64,000 nt of DNA from Podarcis cretensis (Eukaryota): contig OX638155.1 in NCBI GenBank assembly GCA_951804945.1, forward strand, positions 2,604,001 to 2,668,000, given 5' to 3'. Shown here one piece after another: positions 38,295 to 51,259 of the stretch. Below the pieces are notes generated by a model. The model saw only the letters and a list, made by a program, of their open reading frames with translations. It was not told the origin of the DNA and made no database searches. The translations under genes were made by a program, and so were the position numbers. Each line of letters starts with the position of its first letter. Within the stretch, counting starts at the first letter, position 1.

Positions 38295-39599
38295 TATTCT
38301 TATTGCTTTCATTAGGAGTTCGAAAAGCTTGACTTTCTTTGCCCCATCAGAGCACTCACTCCAGTCACAGCCGGGTGATGCTGCTAAGGTTGAATTGGTA
38401 ACAAAAACAGGGCAGAATCTAGCACAATTCACTCATTGCTTCTCATGTGATTAACACGCATGTGAGCGCGTGAAATGGGACCATCCCTGCTTCTCCCCCC
38501 ATTGCTGCCCCTATCCCTGTTGTGGAGGGGAGTGACTCAAAATCAGTCCTGTCAGGGAAATGTCTCTTTACTCACCCAGTGCAATATATTCCACCTTCTC
38601 CTTCTTTAGCAGAGTGTCTTTTCATCCAGTGGAGTATACAGCTCATGTACATACATGAAACAAAGCTTTAATAGTAGAAAAATGCAACATAGTAACATAC
38701 TGATGGAGAGAAACGACACATCTGGAGACAAGGGACAGTTAGTCTGACGACCTGAAGGAAGGGGCCGATTCTAGAGTACAGCATAAAAGCCCTGCCAACG
38801 AGAGGCCAGGTATTCTATTAATCAAATTAGGCTTCAGTGCTTTTCCTGCACCCCCTGCTACCCCAGTCTCCTGCTGGGAGAATCTGGGAGACAAGGAGCT
38901 GATTTATAGGTGTGGACTCCCCATGCGATTTAGAAGCCCAGAACATGTAGATTCCCCTCTTCCAACTTCCTCCCCTGTGCATGGATAGTGAGGGCCCAGC
39001 AGTGTGGATTCATCCTACAACAATTGTACATTACGCAAAAGTAAGCATCACTGAATTCCACCGGGACTGCTCCCTGATATGTGCAGGATTGCAGTCTGAA
39101 TTAGTCTTAAAGCTGCAACACAGTACTGTTAACAAAGGAAGCCATACATTTCCAGACTGGTGAGAAAAGACTATCCCCCATACCCTCACATTATTCATCT
39201 CTACATCTCTCTCCCCCCCCCCCCCGAAAGTGGAATAAAGTGCAGGGATAAGTGGACCAGGACTTGGGAATTCAGGGTGAAGACCACTACTCAGCCATGA
39301 AACATCAAGGGGCTGATTAAACAGCTGCAGCATATTCTGGTAGGAGGCAGGACCTGCTTGGTGGGAATTGCCCCTTTCTCTGATACTATTAAAGTTACCT
39401 ATGCATTGTTTGAACTGGCATTTCAAAAACATGAATTAAATTTTTGCAGATAATCTAAACCATTGGAATGCCTTCCAGAGGCACTGAAAGGTGCTGCTGG
39501 ACTTTTTAGTTTCTCCAGGGTAGTCTAGGAAACACCTGGACTTGGTGCTCCGAACAAGAAATGTAGCTTCCAAGCTGCTTAGTACCCCAGAGTCTATAC

Positions 39600-39734
39600 A
39601 AGTGTCCCCAACCTTGGGCCGCCAGCTGTTTTTGGACTACAACTCCCATCATCCCTCGCTAGCAAGACCAGTGGTCAAGGATGATGGGAATTGTAGTCCA
39701 AAAACAGCTGGAGGCCCAAGGTTGTGGAACACTG
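39600..39734. mobile_element. Palindromic hAT (Charlie-like) MITE
   Basis: Folds back along almost its whole length. Perfect TSD GTCTATAC (39592-39599, 39735-39742). Confidence 0.9.
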
Positions 39735-40384
39735 GTCTATACTATGCTCAAGGTCTCAAACAATAGACAATGCTCTCTTTTCACTAAAACAAACTGTCGA
39801 GTTGACTTTATTGTCCAAATAAGAAACTGTACAGATCTGTGATCAGAACTGTCAATGTTTTGATTTTAACTTGAATATAGCTATGTTGAGGGCTTCTGAA
39901 TTTGATGGGAACAATGGTTCTGGGGAAGGAAGTATTGCTTAACCCGTCTCCCCTGTGATATAGCAATATTTCTTGAGGGGGTGGCACAAGGAGAAGAGGA
40001 CATACCCAAACTGGAAAACAGCAACAACCAACTCTCCTACCACCAGTACTCTGATCAAATTTGGTGTCCCCCATAACGGCTTTTGAATAAAAACACCTGA
40101 GATCTCATCAAGCCCCCCACTCCCATTTCATGTAGTTTGGTGCTTATGTGTGACTGCACACTGGAAAATGAAAACCAATAAATCATTTGCATGGTAGCAG
40201 TTCCCCCTTCAGGTAAAACTGTAGTATTTCTCACCTCTATCTAAATAGTCAATATATAAGTGAAATTATCCTTTATATTATTCATTCATTTATTCATTTA
40301 TTTTGATTACCAAAAGTTTACCAAAAGTTAAGGGACTCACAGGAAAGGACTTATACGGAGGTAAATAACATAAAACTCTTAAAC

Positions 40385-40620
40385 ATCTGGTGTTGCCACC
40401 CTCTAGACTTCTTGAGGAGCAGGCACATGAAGAAGGGCATCAGATGATGGTCTCAGGAACCAGGTTGGTTCATATAGGGAGAGGCAGTCCTTGAGGTATT
40501 GCAGTCCTGAGCCATTTGTCCCTGTGAGCAACCTGGCTGCCAAATTCTGTACCAGCTGAAGTTTCCAAACCATTTTCAGAGGCAATCCTACATATAAAGT
40601 ATTACAGTAACCTAGAGGGC
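40385..40620 (-). mobile_element. L2 ORF2 C-terminal fragment
   Basis: The minus strand reads LGYCNTLYVGLPLKMVWKLQLVQNLAARLLTG. A short + strand L2 tail follows at about 40661-40713. Confidence 0.8.
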
Positions 40621-43100
40621 TCAAATGGGCTGTGACACAGCAATTAACCTTACAGTCCTAGGGAAACCCAGCCAGATGGGTAGGGTATAAATAATAATAA
40701 TAATAATAATAATAGAAAAACTTCAATAAGCAAGTAAATCGTACTGCTGTGGAAATTCATAACTCATTTTAAAACTTTAGGGAAATCTTACTGCAGAAAG
40801 GAGACAACATGTATTGTCCAAACTGTTCTGAGGTAATAAGCTAGTTGCCCATAAAGGAGGCCACTCACTGCTTCAACTCTACCACCGAACAATATACAGT
40901 GGTGGGTTACATAAGAAGGTAACTATTAGACTTTTTTCATACATCCACATCACTAGCATTTGGGAAACACCACTGTCTTCCAAAAGGCTTTTGAAAATTT
41001 CATTCTCTTGGAACTGAAAACTAGTTTTGATTTTAGGTGGCATATAACATGATGCTGTTTTCTGCTTCACTGTTTTTGTTGGTTGGTTTGAATTACATTT
41101 TTATTTACAATGTAACAGTGTATTATCTTGCTGTATCTATATTTATTAGCTGTTTTGATGACCTTAATGACAGAAAAGGAAGATATTTCTAACAGAAGTT
41201 TGTATATACCTGTAATTCTGCCTTCACACAAATACAGACAATATGTGTCCCTAGCAGGTTTTCCATTTATTACAGACTATGCTTCTGAAATTATGAACAG
41301 GGGGCAAAGTGTATTTCATGATTCACTCAGAGGCACCTTTCCTTTCTTCTCTCAAACATATTCTCATGGGAAATTGCATGGACACAGATGAACACTTTTA
41401 AAGAGTGACTTAGACTGTGTACACATTACAGGCTGAAAATGCAACTAGGCCATTATTTTTCTCAATTCGGATTAAAGTTAGCAGGGGGTAGGATACATTA
41501 AAAAAGAGTATTTCCTAAGAAACAACAGGATGGATAAAAAGTTATGGATTGTGGCTAACACCATGTGTACACCACTTTCTAAAAAAGTGGTGGGAGCACA
41601 GGATACAGAGCAAATTGGAGGGTGTATGAATTCTTCCTTGGGTCATTTCTAGAGGAACAGCCTGTTAGTTCACTTTTCATGAGCATCTGTGCAAAGTGTC
41701 ATGTCACCTAGGGGTCTGAAGGTTTACCTTCCCTGAATTGGCCCTGTCAGACATCGCCACTGCCTTTGCAGCACGGTAAAAGCCAATGCAGCAAAAATAG
41801 CTTCCATTTTTTTGTTCTTTGAGGGCCTCTTACTTTACTTTCTCACAGCATTCAAGTGCATTGTGCTAGTAGGGTCAAATCAAGTAAACTTTGCCTATAA
41901 GTATAACTTTATACTCCTATTGGTGTGGTAGGGGGGACCCTCTTCTCTTTCTAGCAGTGCCCCTTCTGCTTTTGGTTCCTAAAATTTTGGAGTGGCTTGT
42001 GCTTGCACAAGGTTTACAATTTCTTTCCTCTGATTAATCTAGTTTTTATCCTGTTAATTCTACTGAAAACTTGTTTAACATATATTACTGACTTCTCCCC
42101 TATCTGAACAGTGTCACTCGTTTTCGTTTCTCTTGCTGCTGGATCTTTCTCCTGCTGTTAATCATGCTGTTCTTTTGTCATCATTTTGTAAACTTAGCTT
42201 TTAGGGTGCTGTTCTGCATGGTTATAATCTTACCACTCCAGCCATTCCCATCATGTTTCTATTGGGGAGCATTTCTTTGATTCATTTCCTCAATCTGTTG
42301 GCAAACTCCAGGGTTGTGTATTGTCATCTATTTTTCCCTGTTGTCACTTGCATGCTTCTGGTACTAGTTATAACTAGTGTAGAGGTAGGCTTTTGATATT
42401 TCTACTTTAGATGTGTCCAAGAAGTCCACCATCTTCTTTACCACAGGTAACTGCATGAGTAACTCCCCGAATAGTCTGTTTTGTGCCTTTCTTCCACCTC
42501 ATTGAGGATTTCATAGCTTTGTTTTGCTTTTTATGTTTGAATGAAGCAGCAGATATGACTTTACTGCTTTAAAGCTGCTCCATATTATAGTAAAATCCTC
42601 AGCTGAATCAAAGTTTTACAGCAAAATGTGATCAGTTTAGACACCAGATACTCATTATTTAAAGTTTTCATTCTGCAGCATGATCTAGTTCTAAGAGTTA
42701 GATTTTGTCTCAAAAAAAAAATTCTAGATCAAGATTACAGGAGCATGGTCCACAATTCCACAAAGTTCTGTCTTCATTAGGCTTATAACATTACTCTTAG
42801 ATAGAAAGGGTATTTGGCACAATTTTTTTCCAAGCCTGCCAAGACTGAAATGGATATCTAAGCTGTGTGCTTGTAAAGAAAAAATATTGTTATTTTCAGA
42901 TATCTGGGAATGTATATAGAGTAACATGGATAATAAATCATGGAAAACTAATAAAGCAGATTATTATTTGGTTTGGTTTGATAATGCTAACAACAATTTT
43001 ATGAATTTAATGAATGCAGCTTACCATAAAGTGTATAATCAATTCTACACTGACATAATTGACATTAGCAAAAACAGCAAAGACTATTTGTGGCACCTTA

Positions 43101-43446
43101 GAATCACAGAATCATAGAACCATAGAATTGTAGAGTTGGAAGGAACCCCCAGGGTCATCTAGCCCAACCCCCTGCAAGGCAGGAATCTCAACTAGTCCAT
43201 ACATAACAGATGGCCACCCAACCTCTGCTTAAAAACCTCCAAGGAAGGAGAGCCCACCACCTCCCAAGGGAGTCCATTCCACTGTTGAACAGCTCTTACT
43301 GCCAGAAAGTTCTTCTTGGTGTTTAGTCAGAATCTCCTTTCTTGTAACTTGGATTCATAAGTTCTGGTTCTAGCTTCTGGAACAGGAGAAAACAAGCTTG
43401 TTCCATCCTCCACGTGACAGCCTTTCAGATAATTGAAGATGGTGAT
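43101..43446 (-). mobile_element. CR1 3' fragment
   Basis: (AGAATCAT) tail and a reverse-strand match to the CR1 3' region at 31310-31620. Confidence 0.88.
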
Positions 43447-45428
43447 ACCTTAAAGAATGTTGTTTTTGCTGAAAGAGAGTAACATTGGAAAATGAAGACA
43501 TTAAGGAAACTCGTGCTGCCTCAGTATCAGTAGAATTGTACCAGTTTGAAGAAAGCATGTATCTCAGCGTGAGCTGACTGAACTACTTAAAGGAATGGAA
43601 ATCCCACAACATGGAATTTGTGCACATGGGCAGAGCCTTTGTTGTGACCTCTTTTCTCAGGGCCTAACGCAATGTTATGGGAAGCACTTGGCTGCACAGA
43701 TCCTTGGTAATAGCTGGTAAAAGAAACACACTGATTGCTATTTGCAAAGGGTGGGGAAAGCTTCCCCTTATGACATCACATAATTCTTTCACCAAACGTT
43801 TATGTGGAAGTGTGTGGGTAAGAGGTAAATGGGTTTGGCAGTAGTCTATATAACATGCCATTTACACTGAAAGCATGTGAACGGGGCCTGTTGCTTTTTC
43901 TTTTTTAAAAAGTACTATGCCTAGTGGTTTTAAGTGATTTATACATTGTAAGGGCAAAACATAGAACTAACAGTATTCCCAACAACCCCCCTCTTAAAGC
44001 TTTTGGCTCTTAGTCATATTTTTCAATTGTTAGTTTTATTTCATGTTTTTCAGCATCATATTACCTTCCAAGCAGTAAGCAACAGTAATCCCAAGTAGCA
44101 GTGGGACATTAATTAGTATATGAGGAAATGGCTCTTATTACTGCTCCTCTGCTGCAGCCTACGGAGGTGCTTTATAAAGCACACCACGTACAACTGAGGT
44201 ATCTCATTTATTCCTTTCATCACCCAAGAGTTTACCCTTCAAAGGATGCTAAATTGTCTTTCTGCAGTGGCAATACTTATTGGTATTAAAGTCCAAACTA
44301 TTGATGCTGCATTAATGCTGAGGTAAGACTCAGGGTTTAGGTAGTGCTAAAGTACATTTGCACTGAGCTTCACAAGAAATGGGACATGCATTTATTTGCC
44401 ATGTCAGCTCTCCAGTTCATTTTCAACAGTTCCAGGCAATACACTGTATCACTTGTTTAAATTACAACTTAAGTAACTTCAAACAAGAAGCTTCTGGCAT
44501 AATATACTCCTCTCATGTGACTGTGTCACCTCATAAATCACACGAGGGGGTTCCTGATTTAAAAGTGTCCCCTGTTTTGAACTGGGCAATGCCAAACAAA
44601 TAACAGAACCCCTTCCTACCCCTCGACGTGAAATCTGACATAAAAACAGCCATGTGTCATATCACGAACTACATACTTGAATTTACATGGACCATCATGA
44701 AACAAGTATTCAGATACCATTGAGCATCTATGATATGTTCCCAGGATCACTGTTAAGAGAAGAGTTCAGTGTCCTGACAGACCACTCACACTTTTTTCCT
44801 CAAGATTCCTGGGTTGTTACACCAAAAAAGGTTGTCAGTTCTGCCACAGCTATCTGCCTGCAAACCTTTGCAACTCAATGCTTTTCAGAAAAAACTACCA
44901 TCTTCCAGTATCTGTCAGAAAGTCATCTTTCTAGCATAGTCATTTTACTTACTGCTTCCACAGAAGATAATTGTAGTTACCCAAAGCTTGTATGTTGGTC
45001 ACAACTGGTAGAACCAGAGGTGGTGTTGTTGTTTTTATATTTTTATTTATACCCTTTTTCCCTAACAGGGACTCATATGCAAATATAATCATATATGCAG
45101 TAGATAGCAAATCAAAGTAAAATGTGTTCTTTTAATGTTTATCTCCATATGACCAATTCTGTTCACTCTTGCTGATTTTTAAGTTAATTTAAAGTAGAAA
45201 AATCCAAGTTGCATTTCCAAGTATTACGTGGCAGAATGTGGCTTATTAGCATAATTATTGAGGAAGAGCCCACAGGAATAGGGCTCACAAGAATGGGACA
45301 AAGCGTGTTCCACACTTCATGTAAAACATCAGTAGGAGATGGGAGAAACTGCTGGATAAGATACACTTGAAGAATACTCCCATCCTTTTGTTGTTTTGCC
45401 AAAACAGAAGGCCAAACAATACCTGATT

Positions 45429-45537
45429 TCAAAGGCAGCCAAATAAATGGATGATATCTTAACTGCAGCAAGGAGCTGGTTCCAGAGCTCACAGTAGCTG
45501 CCACCATCAGAAAAACCTGTTCAGTAGGGCCCACCTG
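45429..45537 (-). repeat. Source copy of a 109-bp inverted local duplication
   Basis: Reverse complement equals 48022-48130 apart from one substitution. Confidence 0.93.
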
Positions 45538-48021
45538 CTGACAGACAGTGGGACTGCCAAAACTATTTTCAGTGCCTGATTCTGTTCCTTAAACTTTGGC
45601 ACTGGGAATCTTTTGGTGGTCTCAGCAAATATGATGTGGGTAGCCACTGCTAAACAAGCTCTGGAGCCATCTCTCTGCCAGGTGTTGTTTAGTTTTCAGG
45701 CTAGTTTAGAAATAAAAAGGCAAGCATACTTGGATAATTTGATCAAATAACATGGTGGGATGGGGTGGGTTGGAGTAAAAGTGTAAAAGATAACATAAAA
45801 CAATTGAACAACAAAATAAAACAACAGGGCATTAACATTTAGAGCAAACAGTAAACGAGCACTAGACATAGTCAAACCCTAATATCAGCAGCCGATAAAA
45901 CAGCAACAAACTGATGTTTTGGTGAATAAAACCTCTTTTTCTTGTCAAAACTGCATTGTATTAATAAAACAACCATTGCTAAACAGGCCACTCTATTAAA
46001 TATACTATTAATAATAATCTGGTTTCCTTTTCATAGGCACCTAACCGTTTCTGGGCTCAGTTTAAATCCCCAAACACTCTGGCATTTGGTTATCTGAAAG
46101 AAAGTTCACACCCATATAAATGGCCTGCACAGGGTACAACTAGACAGTTAAGATTTTTTTTGTTTTGTTTTCAGCAGGCTTTTATTTTTAGTTGCTGCTC
46201 TGAATTCAGAACTCTTCCGTTTTAACTTTCCTCCCTGCAATAGTTGCTTTGGTTTTATGATTTTATGCTATATTTGGAAATATTTCTTTGCACACGTCTT
46301 TGAAAATCTCACCTGAAAAACTGGTTATAAACTGGTTAAAGTAAAATAAAAATGAATAAAAGTGGAGATGGTACACCAGGAACAACAGTGGCTCAGTCTC
46401 TTTTGTTCTGCTTGAATTTCCAGTTATACAAGAACAACAGGTGAATTTTGTTTTTGTTTTGTGAAAAGCTGTTTCCCCCTTTTGCTGGGCCTCGGACAGA
46501 CAGTGTGCACTTAGTCAGAAAATACAAATGTTAGTGGCTGTGACATTCAACAGGTGACCTTTTGTTGAACTGGGTGGATTCAGCTGAGGCTTCTAAACAA
46601 CTTTCCAAGATGGGATGTTTATGGACAGACACTGCAGTATGTGTATCATAAATGCAACTGTCATGAAAGGGAAAACATTATATTCAAGACTCTTTTCTAA
46701 ATCATTCTGATCCAAAAACATAGATATTAAAACAACGCATGCTATATGATCAGTACTAGGAGATTCATCACTAGATTTCTTCAGTTTCTTCCAGCACTAA
46801 AAGCAGCTTCAAAGGGGCCCCATATGGACTGGGACTGGGGGGTTTTAAGGGGGAGGGGTTAACCTGGCCCTCAACATGATTTCTACCACGAAAAGGACAA
46901 TGTAGTGCTGCAGCCAAGAAACAAATCAGCCCCCCTTTGACTTAAAAACATCAACAAAGAAGAACAAGCCACATATCTCCCCAAATCTTTTCTAGCTTGG
47001 TCTTTCAGTTCACAACTGAGGCCCTGCTTTGTGACCCAGTGACACCAGAAGTGTTGCAGGGGCCACAAGAGAGAGAACAGTTTCATCCATAGAGTGTGGA
47101 ATGGCTTCCTGCAGAAGGCCACCCAATTCCTTCACTGCTTGCTTGTTGGCAAACTGCAAACATGCATTTGTTCTGTATTTAGCTATATTCCCCTCTTTGG
47201 CAATAGGAAAACTCCAGCAGGCACAACCCCAGCCCTACAGCCAATGTCAGATGAACTTCAGCCCACTGTGGTGGTCTGGGGGAGGGGAGCACCCTCATCA
47301 CTCAATGGGCGTCCTGGTGTTTCAAAGCTCAAGTTTGCCTGTTGGTACAACCCACTTTCCTCCACCCCGAGGGCCTTTCTCTTATTCCTGTCCACTTCTT
47401 CTTAAGGTCCAGGCCTTTCCTCTCAGTCTCAGTCTCCATTGCCCCCACCCCACAGCACTAGGCCTATTTAAATAATTGTATTTCAAAAGCTATACACTGA
47501 AAACAAATTGTGGGCCTACACAATATCTGATAGAAGGCATGCACATCTCACAGTAAATAAATGATTTGGAATTGTCATCATACAGGGAGCCCCTTGCACA
47601 CAAATTCTACTCCCAGGGAAGCCTTGCACACCTGCCATGGAAGCCCAACACAGTGCAGCGGATTCTGGGAATGTTCAGCTCGCCTTGGACCCTGGTCTGT
47701 TCACATGGGCCTGCTACCCATTTTGAAGTGAGGAGACCTAGACTACAGCCAATACTCCCATGCAGCCCAGACTGCAAAGGAAGATCAGTAACACGATGTG
47801 TGAGAATTTGCCTTTCAGTCATTTTTCCATTATTTACCTCTTTGGCTTCTACGAAATCCCTGATACCATTTGAAAAACACAACATTCAAAGACCATTGAA
47901 TTCACGGTAGTCAGACGCCATCTCATAAGGTGTCTTATAAGGTGTCAGCATGATTTGCCAAAGAATATCTGAATGTATCTTTAGGTGCCAGGCAAAAACG
48001 TTTCTCTTCAACAAGGGTGTT

Positions 48022-48130
48022 CAGGTGGGCCCTACTGAACAGGTTTTTCTGATGGTGGCAGCTACTGTAAGCTCTGGAACCAGCTCCTTGCTGCAGTTAA
48101 GATATCATCCATTTATTTGGCTGCCTTTGA
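48022..48130 (+). repeat. Inserted copy of the 109-bp inverted duplication, inside an L2 3' end (about 47980-48298)
   Basis: 108/109 identity by eye to the reverse complement of 45429-45537. Interrupts ...TTCAACAAGG / CCTTTGATTTGC... of an L2 tail. Confidence 0.9.
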
Positions 48131-48629
48131 TTTGCTAATTAACACTCTATAGCTTTTTAAATGTTTGTGGGAAGGGGGTTATTGCTTTGTTTTTTGTTTT
48201 ATTATGTATTTGTATTCTCATTTTTTATTTTTCTGTTGTGAACTGCCCTGGGATCTTGGGATGTAGGGCAGTATACAAATATAATAAATGATAAATAAGA
48301 TGGTTCCTTGCTCAATTTAGCTGAAAGCACGGCTACTCGACAAGTCACAAATTTCAGTGGGGCTTCCCTTCTCAGAAGCACGTTCAGGACTTCGTAACAC
48401 TGTGCATTTTATTTCCACAGTACAGTTGCAAGACTCGTTCTCCAAGAAAATAAATATACTGTGTTACTCAAAAGTGCAGAGCCAGCAAACCGCAGTTTTA
48501 GGTCTACAGATTGAATAAACTAACAATAAATATAGGTAAAAACTTTTAAAGGTTAGTATTTAAAAAGCGCCTCAAGCTATTAACAGTACAATAATTAAGG
48601 AAGGCTGTTCCATATAATTTTTTATCAAA

Positions 48630-49310
48630 GATGTCGCCTGCAGGGTTGCAAGGACGGGAACTCCTTCCGCGCTGCGAGGAAGAGCCTCCTCGGCCAATAC
48701 TACGACTCCCAGCATGCCCCGCGCCAGCCAGGCTTCCAAAGATGGCCGCCCTTTGCGCCGCCGCTCCTGGGCTTGGCTGTTCCGAGGCGCGCTGCGCCGT
48801 CGGATGAAGAGAAAGCGAGGCAGGCATTGGTCCGCCCCCGCCCCCCCCCCACGCCCCGGAGAAGAGAAAACCAGGACACGCGCCCGCGAAAGAGAACAAC
48901 CGAAGGAGCTCCGAGCCTGGCAGCAGTCCTGGCCAGGCCCCGCCCCCTCCCCTCAGGAGCGCCCGGCCTCCCCTCCCCCCTCGCCCGCCCGCCCTTCGCT
49001 CCCTGGCTGTGGAGGCGGCGCGGCGCGGCGCCCGAGGGTCTCCCGGCTGACGGCGAGGGCGACGCCCCCCCCCAACTGCCCGGCGATGTTCTCTCGGAGG
49101 GGCCACGCCGATGTCAAGAAGTCCACCCAGAAAGCGCTGGACCCGCGGAAGGACGTCCTGACGCGCCTCAAGCACCTCAGGGCGCTGATGGGTGAGTGGG
49201 GCAGGCGGGGGGGGGGGGGTCGCCTCCGGAGAAGGGTCCCAGCGGCGCTGGAGGGGGCGAATCCGGGATGCCCCGGGGCCCCTCCCTGCCGTGTGAGGTC
49301 GTCGTTATCA
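48630..49310 (+). promoter_or_regulatory. CpG-island promoter and 5' UTR of RALGAPA2
   Basis: Abrupt GC/CpG-rich block. CCAAT at 48694-48698, ZNF143-type ACTACGACTCCCAGCATGC at 48699-48717, YY1-type AAGATGGCCG at 48739-48748, reverse CCAAT near 48826, several GC boxes, no obvious TATA box. Confidence 0.88.
49086..49191 (+). CDS. RALGAPA2: Ral GTPase-activating protein subunit alpha-2, coding exon 1 (106 nt)
   Basis: ATG at 49086 encodes [35 protein letters not shown], matching the RALGAPA2 N-terminus as I recall it ([35 protein letters not shown]) better than RALGAPA1 (MFSKKPHG...). Donor G|GTGAGT at 49192, phase 1, inside a CpG island. Confidence 0.95.
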
Positions 49311-49464
49311 CAGCCATCACGACTTAATGACATTGGCGAGTTGCTTTGCCCAGGGCAGCCCAAAGCGACTTACAATCGGACAGACAGGCAAAACCGAACC
49401 AAACCCAGAGATAGGTTATAACGTGGCTCTTTCCTGCCCCCCCCCCGCCAACCTCCAGAGGGGC

Positions 49465-49608
49465 AGTGGGTCAATGGATCTGGCTGTTAACCAAAAGGTT
49501 GGTGGTTAGAGCTCACCCAGGGATGGCTGTGGGTAGCGTTCCTGAATAGCAGGGGGTTGGACTAGATGACTGTCAGGATCCCTTCCAATTCCACAATTCT
49601 ATGATTCT
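49465..49608 (+). mobile_element. tRNA-Asn(GTT)-derived SINE with CR1 tail
   Basis: GGCTGTTAACCAAAAGGTTGGTGGTTAGAGCTCACCCAGGGA resembles the 3' half of tRNA-Asn. It is followed by GCAGGGGGTTGGACTAGATGAC...CCTTCCAA...ATTCTATGATTCT. Confidence 0.82.
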
Positions 49609-49676
49609 CACAGCCCCCATATATGCAGTGGGGTGGGAAAGAATTTACTCTTGTAAGGAAAGCAAGACTTCAAACA

Positions 49677-49983
49677 CAGTTCAAATCCACACAGCAGGGT
49701 GAGCTCCCGTTGCTCTGTCCCAGCTTCTGCCAACCTAGCAGTTCAAAAGTGCACCAGTGCAAGTAGATAAAGAGGTACTGCGGCAGCGGAAAGGTGAACG
49801 GCATTTCTGTGCACTCTAGCTTACATCACAGTGTCCCGTTGCACCAGAAGCGGTATAGTCCTGCTGGCCACATGACCCAGAAAGCTGTGGACAAACATCT
49901 GCTCCCTTAGCCTGAAGCAAGATGAACGCCACACCCCATAGTCGCCTTTGACTGGACTTAACAATCCAGGGGTCCTTTACCTA
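49677..49983 (+). mobile_element. Sauria SINE, 5'-truncated
   Basis: GGGTGAGCTCCCGTTGCT...GTGCAAGTAGATAAA...GGGGTCCTTTACC. Confidence 0.88.
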
Positions 49984-51123
49984 TTTTTTACTTTGTACTT
50001 TAAACACTCACTGCAGTTATGAATGCATGCTAAGTTGAACCAATCTCTGCAGCTAGTGCTTTTGTCTTGCCATGCTTCATGTGTGCACCTAAGGTCTTGC
50101 CTGTGACCTCTTCTAACTGTTGTTTACATTCTCTTCTCACAAAGAGCTCCCCCTTTGTGTGGAGTGTGTGTTGGATTACCCCTCATAACCTACCTTGTTG
50201 GAGTACATTGTTGTGATGGGATATGTGGATCAGCAGCTCTCCATGGAGATAAAAAAGATGGCAGGTGTATTGTAAGCAAGGGACAATGATAGGGTTAACA
50301 TCCTTGTGCCTCAAACTCACATGCACTAAAAAAATGTTGCTGGCTTGTTCTGCAGTTTTAAAAAGAAGTGTTTTTTAAATTTCAAAGTGAATCCTGATTC
50401 ATGGTATTGCATGTTGCCAGGAGGCAAAAGACAAATCTTGATGTAACTAGATCATGATAAGGAACTGGTTTCTCTGTTCAGTTGTTCCAGCTTTTGTTAG
50501 TTAAACTTGAGCCAAAAGCATATTGTAGAAATCTAAAACTAGGGTTATGCCCAGCATACCCACTTCCTGTGCTCTTAGCTAGACTGGAAGTATGAGCAGT
50601 GTCTTCTCCTTGGGGACAATAATATTCTTGCACTCACCCCATGTGCATTCACTGTGAATTTCACAGTTTGTTTTGATCTTGCAATGGTCCCTGTCAGTTG
50701 TGTGGATTGTCCATTGCCAGCATGGGCTGAACCATCTTGCAGAGTCTTGAAGCAGTTCCACAGGCTCTGAAATCTGAGCTGGCTGGATTATGTCAAGCAG
50801 TGGGGGAGGTGGGAGTTGTTGAGTAAAATAAACATCCATTCTACCTAACTTTATCACCCTCCTATGAGTAAACAGAGCACTGATCTTCCAGGAAGTTGCA
50901 TAAGATAATGGCCTAATTCACAGTGTATCCCTGCTGTGCTGCTTCACACTGCAGGTGGGACTCAGCTGTCTCAATGCTCCATTAGAAAAACACCTGCAAA
51001 TGGAAAACCAGGGGGAGACTAAGCTTGATCCCTTCTCCACGGAATCTAGCTTTATAGGTGGATAATTTTGTGTGTGTTGGGAGGTGTATCCAATTGAGTG
51101 AGCTGCAGTAGTTCTGCTTAAAC

Positions 51124-51259
51124 CAGGCTTCCTCAACCTTGGCCCTCCAGATGTTTTGAGACTACAATTCCCATCATCCCTGACCACTGGTCCTGCTAGC
51201 TAGGGATCATGGGAGTTGTAGGCCAAAAACATCTGGAGGGCCAAGGTTGAGGAAGCCTG
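51124..51259. mobile_element. Palindromic hAT (Charlie-like) MITE
   Basis: Arms CAGGCTTCCTCAACCTTGGCCCTCCAGATGTTTT / AAAACATCTGGAGGGCCAAGGTTGAGGAAGCCTG are perfect complements. TSD GCTTAAAC/GCTTAGAC. Confidence 0.93.

Noticed and set aside
42926-43117. 63-aa protein-like ORF after an acceptor-like TTTTCAG
   Set aside because: An in-frame TAG lies between the acceptor and the ATG, no homology is recognised, and the ORF ends in a CR1 tail.
1-48600. A second protein-coding gene upstream of RALGAPA2
   Set aside because: I saw no chain of exons with recognisable homology and consistent splice phases. Short or divergent exons cannot be excluded without alignment.
48714-49421. 235-aa ORF suggesting a 124-aa N-terminal extension of RALGAPA2
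   Set aside because: The upstream part is low-complexity Pro/Arg/Ala sequence from a stop-poor CpG island overlapping promoter motifs. The downstream part runs through the GTGAGT donor. The conserved N-terminus begins at 49086.
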